DNA of 64,000 bases from a virus. Positions 7,532 to 15,994 of the stretch are shown here, piece after piece (the first letter of the stretch is position 1; every line of letters begins with the position of its first letter). Below the pieces are notes generated by a model. It saw only the letters and a program-made list of their open reading frames with translations. It did no database searches and was not told the origin of the DNA. The stretch is taken from the IMG/VR virus record IMGVR_UViG_3300027714_000005; one strand, written 5' to 3'. Both the position numbers and the translations under genes were made by a program.

Positions 7532-9123
7532 CCAAATGCCACTCGATCTAGGTCATCTGTAGCCGGAGACGCATCACCATACACTGCACTACTCTGAGAG
7601 TTGTTAGTAGTGGTTGGTGCACTTATGTTCTGTACTGCAAGATTACCACCACCTGATGCCGACATATTTTCAACGTCATTTCTACCAGTGGATAATGCTT
7701 CCAACTTACGACCACTCCTACCTGATCTTTCCATTGGTATAGTTGGGATGGTTGAAAGTTGAGACTCTTTCTCCTCGGTGTTAATTTTGCTGACTTTTAC
7801 AGTTAACTCTGGAATCTCACTTTGACTAACTTTCTGTGCAACAGGTAACTCTGGAATCTCACTGGTGCCGACTTCACCTTTACTCAGTCTTTCTGCCTTT
7901 ACCTTCTCTTGCTTCTCATACACAGATGCCTTGAACTTCTCTGCTCCATTAGTATCCATCAATTCTGCGTTTTCAAGGTTCTTGACAAAATCTGGTACTT
8001 TAATACCCAATTTCTCTAATAGTCCACCACCTAAACCTGCCAACTTCTGTGCTATTTTAATAAAGAAGTTGCCAACAACAGCAAGTCCATCTTTCATATG
8101 TTCGACACCTAACAACATAACATCGAACACACTATCAAAACCTAGTGCATTTTTGACTTTGTTTAGTAATAATGCGATACCCGCAATTGCGAGACCGACT
8201 CCAATAATAATAGGGAGGAAAGGTGCAAGTGCAAACGACATAGAGGCAACGGCAGTCATCAATGCGGGAACCAATGTGCCCATTGTAAACACAGTTATTG
8301 CTAAGTATCCGGCTCGCAGGAACTTAACTGCCGTACCAAGTTTCGATAATACACCAGTCACCATACTCATCAAACCTTTACCAGTAGCAATCATTCCTAA
8401 CTGTAGTGCAAGGAGACCTGCACGTACTATTTTAACCGCATTAATGATTTTGATGAAGACAAAACCGGCAAGGAAGGCACCACTGAGTAGTACAAAACCG
8501 TTCATTATCTCTTTAAAGTTATTACTGATGAATGGAAACACGGTCTCTTTGAAGAAAGTAAAAATGCCTTCAGTAGCAGGAAGTATCTTCTCTTTGACAA
8601 ATTTCTTGATACTATCAAAGTTCTTTATCATTACACTGAATACTTTAACACCAACAATACCAAGAGCAAGTTTAGCAAGTTTCATGAGAAAAGAAGGGGT
8701 CTTGATTGGGCCACCAATCTCTTTCTTTCCATCAGCAAATTTTTCACCAACAGACTTATTTGCCTCTGCCTCTTTAGCGACTTCCTTTGCGTCCATTTTG
8801 TCTTGTTTTGATTGCAGTCTATCAGCAACTCTTGCTGCATTGGTATCATCTAGTGTAGCTATTTGAACCATTGTCTGTGATTTAATCAGGTCACCAAAAG
8901 CAGCCACCTGTAATTCTTGAGCAGCACGTTCATCACCCTCTGCCTTTGCTAATGACACAAGTTCAAGATTTGTTTGATGTGATTCGGCAGCATTCTTTGC
9001 CAGTTCAGCATTCTTAGCAGTTAATAGTCGTAACGCAGCTAGACTCTCGGTATCAATCCTAATACCTTCTTCCAGTAGCGCTTCTTCTCTTTCTGCTTTT
9101 ACTTGGTCTTCTCTTTTTGCCAT
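7528..9123 (-). CDS. tape-measure / baseplate hub protein (gp29-like)
   Basis: 531 aa: coiled-coil N-terminus, central hydrophobic/amphipathic helices, low-complexity C-terminus; follows gp54-gp26-gp51. Confidence 0.6.
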   Translation of the reverse strand: MAKREDQVKAEREEALLEEGIRIDTESLAALRLLTAKNAELAKNAAESHQTNLELVSLAKAEGDERAAQELQVAAFGDLIKSQTMVQIATLDDTNAARVADRLQSKQDKMDAKEVAKEAEANKSVGEKFADGKKEIGGPIKTPSFLMKLAKLALGIVGVKVFSVMIKNFDSIKKFVKEKILPATEGIFTFFKETVFPFISNNFKEIMNGFVLLSGAFLAGFVFIKIINAVKIVRAGLLALQLGMIATGKGLMSMVTGVLSKLGTAVKFLRAGYLAITVFTMGTLVPALMTAVASMSFALAPFLPIIIGVGLAIAGIALLLNKVKNALGFDSVFDVMLLGVEHMKDGLAVVGNFFIKIAQKLAGLGGGLLEKLGIKVPDFVKNLENAELMDTNGAEKFKASVYEKQEKVKAERLSKGEVGTSEIPELPVAQKVSQSEIPELTVKVSKINTEEKESQLSTIPTIPMERSGRSGRKLEALSTGRNDVENMSASGGGNLAVQNISAPTTTNNSQSSAVYGDASPATDDLDRVAFG

Positions 9124-9135
9124 GTCTGTCCCATT

Positions 9136-9330
9136 TTACTTACGTTGTTGTTCTTCGTGTCTTTGTTTCTCCTCCTCTAACCATTGTTCTAGGAGGGTTA
9201 CATAAATCTGCCTCTCCCACGGCATCATGTTGTCAAGTTCAGTTAACGAATAACTGTAGTTGTGCATCATAAAGAAGTTAGTCTTATAGTGATTTACAAG
9301 ACTATCGTGCGAGAGGTTTAGGAAAAAAAA
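9136..9330 (-). CDS. gp51: gp51-like baseplate hub assembly protein, probably the -1 frameshift extension of gp26 (first Met at 9270)
   Basis: Manually read FFFLNLSHDSLVNHYKTNFFMMHNYSYSLTELDNMMPWERQIYVTLL...; the YSLTEL.NM.PWER.IY motif is characteristic. Confidence 0.8.
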   Translation of the reverse strand, partial: FFFLNLSHDSLVNHYKTNFFMMHNYSYSLTELDNMMPWERQIYVTLLEQWLEEEKQRHEEQQRK

Positions 9331-10034
9331 TCTTGTAGTCCTTTCAGTTCGTGTTCATTCTCTTTATCACATTTTCCACAAGTCCACTTGACATCCAATG
9401 CTAAAGATGGAATGTGACTCAAGAACTCTCCGAGTTTATCAAACTGTTGTCTGGTCATCGAGTCAATAAAATCTTTTACTTCTTTTACTGGTAAATCTTT
9501 GATGATAACTCGTTCATCTGGGGTCAACACTGCTTCAATGGACTTTGCCAACATAGTGAAACCAAATTCTACGGACTCATCATCACCTTGTTTATAGTTA
9601 TTAACCACTTCACCATATGCAGGGTATTTCATCTCAACCGAAATGTCTTCTGAGAGTTCAATGAGTGATTGGTTATCGGTCATCTCGACCTTTGCATTCA
9701 TGACATTAATAGTAACTTCAGTCTTGTGGCCACACTCCTCGTCATTACACGAGATGGAAATGTCTGAAGTCTCACCTACGGATCGTCCACGAATCTGTGT
9801 GAACATATACTCAACATCAAATGTTGTCAGTGATTTAACATTTGTGTTACTTTCAACACAAGCATCAATGGTCTTCGCCATCACTTCCATCATCTGTTGT
9901 TGATCACCAGTCTCGTTGGCAATCATCATTTGTTTTTCTTCTTTGACCAAATAGGGTCGGTATGTTACTTCTTCCCCAGTTGATGGTACTGTCAGTCTAT
10001 AGGTGTTGGTTACGTTTAACTTAGGTAATGCCAT
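9318..10034 (-). CDS. gp26: baseplate hub assembly chaperone gp26-like
   Basis: MALPKL..Y.L.VPSTG..V.YRPYLVKEEK, FD.EY.F..IR..SVGE, two Cys pairs, C-terminal GL.DFF. Confidence 0.9.
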   Translation of the reverse strand: MALPKLNVTNTYRLTVPSTGEEVTYRPYLVKEEKQMMIANETGDQQQMMEVMAKTIDACVESNTNVKSLTTFDVEYMFTQIRGRSVGETSDISISCNDEECGHKTEVTINVMNAKVEMTDNQSLIELSEDISVEMKYPAYGEVVNNYKQGDDESVEFGFTMLAKSIEAVLTPDERVIIKDLPVKEVKDFIDSMTRQQFDKLGEFLSHIPSLALDVKWTCGKCDKENEHELKGLQDFFS

Positions 10035-10058
10035 TATATTCTCTCTAATAATAATATG

Positions 10059-10760
10059 TTATAAAAACTTTCTAATCAGTTCGCCTGCGAGACCTTCAAT
10101 AAATCCAGTATCTTTTGCGTCACCGCCTTTGGACTTCCAGTTCTTGTATGATAGTTGTACCGTCACTTCAAGTAACTGTCCGTCATCACTCAGATCAATT
10201 GCAACTAATGAAGTTGGGTATGCTTTATCTAGGACTATTGTATATGTGATATCGTCACCGAATATCAAATTTAAATCTAACTCACCTTGTGCAAGGTCAA
10301 TCGGCCCTAGTCTGGGTAATCTTGAACGTAACGATGAAGGAATCTTACCAGCATCGTATAGTTGTGTTTTCTTAATGGGGAAAGATGTACCCCTCTTAAT
10401 GTGTTGAATGATTACTGGATGGGTGTACTCGTTAAAGTATCCCACTTCGTGAGTCTCTTGGTTGACCGCAAGGTTTTGCCAAATCTCAAAGTATCTCCGT
10501 ATCTTCATATCATTAAGACAATGGAATGTCAGGGTAACGTCTTCGATTGCGTGACCGTATGCTGTCTTACTTGTTTCTAAACCAATAGTTCGTTCGGTAG
10601 ATAGTATTTGTCGGCCGGGCAGTGATGTTGCCTTACACAACAGGTTCATCTCTCGTGCGTCACCTGTTAACGGTGGTAGGAAAATCTTAAACAGATTCCC
10701 CATTGCCATGCCACCACCTTTACCAATCTGTGACTTGAATTCATCGATACGTGCTACCAT
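10059..10760 (-). CDS. gp54: tail tube initiator / gp19-like paralog (gp54-like)
   Basis: Tube fold motifs F...I...GG.A..NLF, LLC...SLPG, FE.WQ, AYPT, VTV.LSY. Confidence 0.75.
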   Translation of the reverse strand: MVARIDEFKSQIGKGGGMAMGNLFKIFLPPLTGDAREMNLLCKATSLPGRQILSTERTIGLETSKTAYGHAIEDVTLTFHCLNDMKIRRYFEIWQNLAVNQETHEVGYFNEYTHPVIIQHIKRGTSFPIKKTQLYDAGKIPSSLRSRLPRLGPIDLAQGELDLNLIFGDDITYTIVLDKAYPTSLVAIDLSDDGQLLEVTVQLSYKNWKSKGGDAKDTGFIEGLAGELIRKFL

Positions 10761-11353
10761 TAACCTTTACCTATCTTTTGTCTTGAATCGTAGAACACCT
10801 TCTGAGAGTTTGCCTTACGGAACTGTGCGGTTGGTAAGAATGTTGCAATCTCCCACTCAGGTTGTGGTACTTCCGCAAACTTACTCTTGACGTGTGCATT
10901 CAAGTAATGTTTGAAACATGGTTCGTAGTATCGCAACTTCGCAATACTCTGTAATTTCTTATAGTTGATAGCAAACTTTGCATCTTCGTTTTTATTACTA
11001 GCAGAAGTCTCCATCAACGCATCCAACATCTTTGCACGAAGGATAGGTGGAAGGTAGTGAAGGTTCAATCCATAAAACCCACCCTTTGCAGGGCCAACAA
11101 CAATAACCAAGGGAAACAAATCGTAATACGGAAGTGTGTCCTTAGTCTTGGGGTCATAGAAGAACATCTGCATTGTTCCCACAACACCACTCTTTGTACG
11201 ACTCTTTAGTTGTTCCTCTTTCATCAATGCTTCACGATTGATGGAACGCATATTAGATGCTTTCTTTTGGAACCACTCACGACTTTCCTTAGTACGGGGA
11301 GTTACTCCCGCACGGAATGCTTGTAGTTCTAGTCTGTTGAATATATTACTCAT
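10760..11353 (-). CDS. gp2: DNA end protector protein gp2
   Basis: FFYDPKTKDTLPYYD.FPLV, GF.GLNLHYLPP..R, EW..A.FLPT..F. Confidence 0.92.
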   Translation of the reverse strand: MSNIFNRLELQAFRAGVTPRTKESREWFQKKASNMRSINREALMKEEQLKSRTKSGVVGTMQMFFYDPKTKDTLPYYDLFPLVIVVGPAKGGFYGLNLHYLPPILRAKMLDALMETSASNKNEDAKFAINYKKLQSIAKLRYYEPCFKHYLNAHVKSKFAEVPQPEWEIATFLPTAQFRKANSQKVFYDSRQKIGKG

Positions 11354-11367
11354 AGTTCTATTTATAC

Positions 11368-11877
11368 TTATTTTTTACGTTTCTTACGAAAAGGTTTTAA
11401 AGTTTTACCTAAAGGTTTCAACGGTTTGGTTGACTTAGGAATGATACTCTTCAGAGGTTCGTTCTTCTCCGTCCATATAACAAACTTCCATCCACGTTCC
11501 TCTGCGTACTCCCTTGCGGCATCCCACTTATTTATATTCTTAACATAGGTAAAACTTTCGGTTAGATATCGTCTGGTGTTCTTACTACCAGTCGGTATCC
11601 TAGTCTCCTTGTCTGGTTTGATCTCTACCAAGAAAGTCCTACCACTGGCCATCACCAACTTCATGTCCATAAAATATCTATGATAACGCTTGTCAACCTC
11701 ATATAAGTATGGTATAATGACTTCTTCGGATGACCACTTTACTACGTCAGGGTTACCATCTGCCCACTTGAATGCGTGTTTCTCCCACCCAGACCTATAG
11801 GTGACCTTTGTATGATCTCCCTCGTACTTCGATGGATTCTTTACGGTGTATATACCAGAATGTGTTTTAAATGCCAT
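11368..11877 (-). CDS. gp4: head completion nuclease gp4 (TnsA-like)
   Basis: NPSKY.GD...YRS.WE, W.SEE..IPY, HRYF.D, EIKP, KW.AA. Confidence 0.92.
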   Translation of the reverse strand: MAFKTHSGIYTVKNPSKYEGDHTKVTYRSGWEKHAFKWADGNPDVVKWSSEEVIIPYLYEVDKRYHRYFMDMKLVMASGRTFLVEIKPDKETRIPTGSKNTRRYLTESFTYVKNINKWDAAREYAEERGWKFVIWTEKNEPLKSIIPKSTKPLKPLGKTLKPFRKKRKK

Positions 11878-11885
11878 AAAAACCT

Positions 11886-11921
11886 TATAAATAAAGATAA
11901 ATGATTTACAACCTATTTATA
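11886..11921. promoter_or_regulatory. face-to-face late promoters for gp48 (+, 11886-11893) and gp4 (-, 11914-11921)
   Basis: TATAAATA and TATTTATA in a 55-bp divergent gap. Another minus-strand copy at 11359-11366 precedes gp2. Confidence 0.8.
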
Positions 11922-11932
11922 GAGAAAATAAA

Positions 11933-13024
11933 ATGCCTGATAACATATACGATGCCAAAGTCGGAGACAAGTTAACTCCAGCACAAATAATCCAAGCAAC
12001 GAAAGGTGAGACTCAGGGCACTGCAACAGAACCCGAAGGTGTGATAGCGAACAAGAACAAAAAGAACTTGGAATATCCGTTAAACAATCCAGATGATTAT
12101 AAAGGTAGAATCGTCTTTAATGTCATGAAAGACGCAGAGACTGACCTAGGTAATGTCGTGGGTGCTCTTACAGGTTTTATTAAAAAGACTTTAAACCCTG
12201 ATGATGAAGCTCCAGATGGTAGTGCTATTGAAGAGACAACTGGTGCAAATCCTGAAGACATGGTAAAGGGTGTTTCGGCTCATAAAGGTACTGAGACCAC
12301 TACGCAAACTATTATAGCACCCAAACCACTCACCCCACTTGACAGACAGGTATCACTGTACCTTCCTGTAGGTTTGCAGTACCGTGACAATGTCGCATAC
12401 GAAAATATGGACATCGGTGGTATGGGTGCTGGTGTTGAGTCGGGATTGAAAACTGGTTCTGGTGCTATAAATGCTTTAATTGACGGTGGACTGAAAACTC
12501 TTACTGCGGGACTTTCCGGTTCTGCTAATAAGAATGTCGCAAAGATTGCTACTGTCAAACTTGCGTCCGCATTACCAGATGAAATTGCGGGTGCATTTAA
12601 GTCTGCGGCCGGTGTGACATCAAATCCTAACACACGTGTATTGTTCAAGTCGGTTTCATTACGAGAGTTTGCATTTGCGTTTAAGTTCATTGCGACTTCT
12701 CCGAAGGAAGCAACGGAGATCAAGGAAATCATCAAACTCTTCCGAACAGAACTGTACCCCGAAAACATTAACCTACCCGTTGCGGGTAGTAATATATCTA
12801 TTGGTTATCGTTTCCCTAATAAGTTTCAAATCGAAATTGAATATAATGGAGAAGAGATTGCGACTAAAATCAAACCATGTTACCTCCGTGACGTTGGTGT
12901 GACTTATAACAACACTGCGATGGCAATGCATAGTGACGGTAACTTCTCTGAGGTAGAGATGACTCTATCATTCCAAGAGACAAGAACACTCAACAGGAAA
13001 GACGTTGAAGAGGACGGATTCTAA
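11933..13024 (+). CDS. gp48: baseplate tail tube cap gp48
   Basis: LYLP..LQY.D...YE, NPN...LF.SV.LR.F.F.FKF..S..EA..I..II..FR, YNN...HSDG...L.FQE. Confidence 0.9.
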   Translation: MPDNIYDAKVGDKLTPAQIIQATKGETQGTATEPEGVIANKNKKNLEYPLNNPDDYKGRIVFNVMKDAETDLGNVVGALTGFIKKTLNPDDEAPDGSAIEETTGANPEDMVKGVSAHKGTETTTQTIIAPKPLTPLDRQVSLYLPVGLQYRDNVAYENMDIGGMGAGVESGLKTGSGAINALIDGGLKTLTAGLSGSANKNVAKIATVKLASALPDEIAGAFKSAAGVTSNPNTRVLFKSVSLREFAFAFKFIATSPKEATEIKEIIKLFRTELYPENINLPVAGSNISIGYRFPNKFQIEIEYNGEEIATKIKPCYLRDVGVTYNNTAMAMHSDGNFSEVEMTLSFQETRTLNRKDVEEDGF

Positions 13025-13767
13025 TGACAACTAAATACTTCTCTAATTTTAATATCATCTCTTACAGATTTGGTGACAACGAGAAACCAGTACTGTTTGA
13101 CAATCTTAGTCAATATGTTGATGTCATAGATGGACTCAAGGATAACCTTAGTTTCTATAACCAACACACAATTATTTCTGGTGAACGTGCTGATACTTTA
13201 TCCTATAAGTTGTATGGGACTACGGATTACTACTGGACGTTCTTTTTGATGAACGACCATTTGCGTGTATCGGGTTGGCCTATAGATGTTCACACCATTC
13301 TGGATATTGCGAAAGAAAAGTATCCACACCGAACTGTTACCACAAATGATGTTGTCGCTGCAAACTTTCCGGTAGGAACGGTGGTAACCGGACTGAGTAG
13401 TGCTACGGTAGGAACTATTGTCAAACGAGACCTATGTATGGGTCAATTGGTTATCGATACAGTAGATGACAACAACTTTGATAAGAACGAGTCTATCGCA
13501 TACACTAGTGAGGAAGGTGTGTTCTATGTTGCACAGTTGATACGAGAATCCACACAGTATGATGCAGTTCATAACTATGAGTTGAATGGGGTACATCAGG
13601 ACTTACCACTCTACGACTTTGGTAATCCTGGCGCAACGTGGACTCCTATCACTTATAGAGATCGTATGGAACGTAGAAATGATGAGTTGAAAACTATTAA
13701 TGTATTGAAACCATCCGTCATAGATAGGGTAGTGAGTGAATTTAATAACTTCCACAAGGAAAGTTAA
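13024..13767 (+). CDS. gp53: baseplate wedge subunit gp53 (LysM-like)
   Basis: YF.NF, GERADTLSYKLYG..DYYW.F.L.N, N.E.K.I.VLKP. Confidence 0.9.
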   Translation: MTTKYFSNFNIISYRFGDNEKPVLFDNLSQYVDVIDGLKDNLSFYNQHTIISGERADTLSYKLYGTTDYYWTFFLMNDHLRVSGWPIDVHTILDIAKEKYPHRTVTTNDVVAANFPVGTVVTGLSSATVGTIVKRDLCMGQLVIDTVDDNNFDKNESIAYTSEEGVFYVAQLIRESTQYDAVHNYELNGVHQDLPLYDFGNPGATWTPITYRDRMERRNDELKTINVLKPSVIDRVVSEFNNFHKES

Positions 13768-15131
13768 TGAGTAGCAAAACGACACAGTCGCAACAATTTA
13801 AGATTATTAAGGCAGAGATATCAGCTGATCGTCTTGGTGGTGTTGACACTAATACGTTTGATGTCCGTACATCTATTGCGGAACTGAACATCTTCGAGAG
13901 TCTGGACAAACCTTATCTTACTGGTACGGTTGTTATTCTGGATGACAAGGCATTGTTCGATAAAATTAACTTCCAAGGTACGGAACGACTGTCTGTAGAG
14001 ATGGCCTCGGTTGACAATAACTTGAACATAGTATTCAAACGTACCTTCATTATGACAGGTATTGAACAACAAGTCAAGTCAAATGATAACGGAAAGTCTT
14101 CGATTGTGGTTTTCACGTTACTTGACGAACACGCATTTCTTTCATCATTAAAAAAGATTAGTAAGTCATTCAACGGACGTATCGATGATGTTCTAATCAA
14201 ACTACTCGCCACCGAGTTGAAACTGAATATTGATCTATCATACCTGTTCTTACCTAATGGACTGAAGGCACTTCCATTACAGACGAACATGAGGGGCATC
14301 ATCCCAAATATGTCACCTATAGATGCGATCAAGTGGTTGACTAGTAGAGCAACGACAGTGACGGGATCACCATTCTTTACCTATGCAACGATGCATGATG
14401 ATAATCTACGTCTAGGTAATCTAGACTCCATGTTATCACAAAAAGCGTTTAACTCAAGGATACCCTATACATTCAACCCAGCAAACGTTTCTAATGCGGA
14501 GACACAGACTGAGTTTGAAAAGACATTTACTATTAAGGCAATGAAGACATCCAAGTCTGCAAACACTCTCAGTCTTGTACAACGTGGTGCGGTGGGTGCT
14601 CTATTACAAAACACCAATCTTAACACGGGTATTATAACCAAGGGTCATCACAGTATAAGAAACGTCCTAGATAGACTAGAGAATACAAATATCATTGGCA
14701 ATAACCAGAATGTGTTTGACCCCAGCTTTAAAGTGGATAACAAGTTAGTAGACGAATATGACGCACAAGTCTACACAACAGTCACTTCTACGGGTACTTA
14801 CGGTAGACATAAAAGTTATCATGATGAGTATGATGGAACTAAGTTTAAAAAGAAATTAGAGAACCGAGCACTACTCAACCATATGTACAAGAATATGTTT
14901 AATGTTGTGGTAGAAGGTGCGGGTTTTATTATCGCAAAGGCTAGTGTTGGTGACATCGTTAATTTAAAGGTTGTGAACGACAACGTAGAAAGTTCTAGTG
15001 TTGCGACCGAGGACGATCTTATCGACAAATCGAAGTCTGGTGATTTTATAATCTATGATACAAGACATACGTTTCAAGGTACACAACACACCGTGTCAAT
15101 GAACCTGTGTAAACTGGAGAAACTTCCGTAA
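13767..15131 (+). CDS. baseplate hub protein (gp27-like)
   Basis: NIFESL..PYLTG...I.D, C-terminal SG..II...RH; lies between gp53 and gp5. Confidence 0.7.
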   Translation: MSSKTTQSQQFKIIKAEISADRLGGVDTNTFDVRTSIAELNIFESLDKPYLTGTVVILDDKALFDKINFQGTERLSVEMASVDNNLNIVFKRTFIMTGIEQQVKSNDNGKSSIVVFTLLDEHAFLSSLKKISKSFNGRIDDVLIKLLATELKLNIDLSYLFLPNGLKALPLQTNMRGIIPNMSPIDAIKWLTSRATTVTGSPFFTYATMHDDNLRLGNLDSMLSQKAFNSRIPYTFNPANVSNAETQTEFEKTFTIKAMKTSKSANTLSLVQRGAVGALLQNTNLNTGIITKGHHSIRNVLDRLENTNIIGNNQNVFDPSFKVDNKLVDEYDAQVYTTVTSTGTYGRHKSYHDEYDGTKFKKKLENRALLNHMYKNMFNVVVEGAGFIIAKASVGDIVNLKVVNDNVESSSVATEDDLIDKSKSGDFIIYDTRHTFQGTQHTVSMNLCKLEKLP

Positions 15132-15994
15132 TGAAACCGATTCTATCAGAGTTCTATGGTGACAACACACGATGGTTCATTGCAACTGTTGTTGATGCCT
15201 CACCCCCATATGGTTACGAAGGACGTGTGAAGATTCGTGTACACGGAATACATACGGAGTCTACCAGACTAATTCCCCAGAGTGACTTACCTTGGGCCCA
15301 ATGTGTTATCCCAACCACAGAAGGTGGTGCTTCTGGTATAGGACGGATGCCACAGTTGCAATCAAGTGCTTTAGTGTTTGGTATGTTTATGGACGGAGTT
15401 AATTCACAGACACCTATTATATTGGGTTCTCTTCCTCATATAGAAAATCCTTCTATAGTCCAACAAGGACAGAAGTTCGAAGATACCGGAACAGATAACA
15501 AACCAGAGACCATCTTCGAGAAACTCGGTGCAGCATTAAAACCAAAAACGACTGACATCCAAAATGAAGCGGCCGGTAACATCAACAACCTAGTTAAACT
15601 TGCACGAGAAAACACATCGGTGACTTTCTTCTTGAACCTAGGGTACTCTGTGAAACAGGCTATAGGTATAACTGCGGGACTTACCCACGCATCTGGTATG
15701 CGAACCGGAATCAATCCCCAGTCTAGTGGTATTGGTAATTTCCGTAATGGTCGATATCAAGACTTACTGAGATTCTCTAGTAAGAACAATGAGTTTCTTA
15801 CACAGTTGACCTTTGTTGCATATGAATTAAACGGGTCACAGTCTGCCACCAACATAAGATTATTGCAATTAGACAGACTCGATAACAACGGTATCTGTCA
15901 AGTATTCAGTAGATATTATTTGGAGAAACCTGATAACGCAACAAGCAAACAAATAGAATTGGCCGCACGAAGACTGATCGATAGGATAACATAA
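15131..15994 (+). CDS. gp5: gp5 N-terminal OB-fold fused to a degenerate phage-tail-lysozyme-like domain
   Basis: WF...V.D..P....GRVK.RVHG.H...LPWA....P, V.G.F.DG...Q.P.ILGS; C-terminal GYS..QA.GI.A.L..ASG...QL.FV.YEL. Confidence 0.8.
   Translation: MKPILSEFYGDNTRWFIATVVDASPPYGYEGRVKIRVHGIHTESTRLIPQSDLPWAQCVIPTTEGGASGIGRMPQLQSSALVFGMFMDGVNSQTPIILGSLPHIENPSIVQQGQKFEDTGTDNKPETIFEKLGAALKPKTTDIQNEAAGNINNLVKLARENTSVTFFLNLGYSVKQAIGITAGLTHASGMRTGINPQSSGIGNFRNGRYQDLLRFSSKNNEFLTQLTFVAYELNGSQSATNIRLLQLDRLDNNGICQVFSRYYLEKPDNATSKQIELAARRLIDRIT

Noticed and set aside
7865-8866. 333-aa plus-strand ORF, and similar antisense ORFs at 16071-16766, 31622-32425, 39222-39980, 43893-44591 and 45825-46412
   Set aside because: Shadow frames of real genes caused by codon bias; no RBS, promoter or recognisable motifs.
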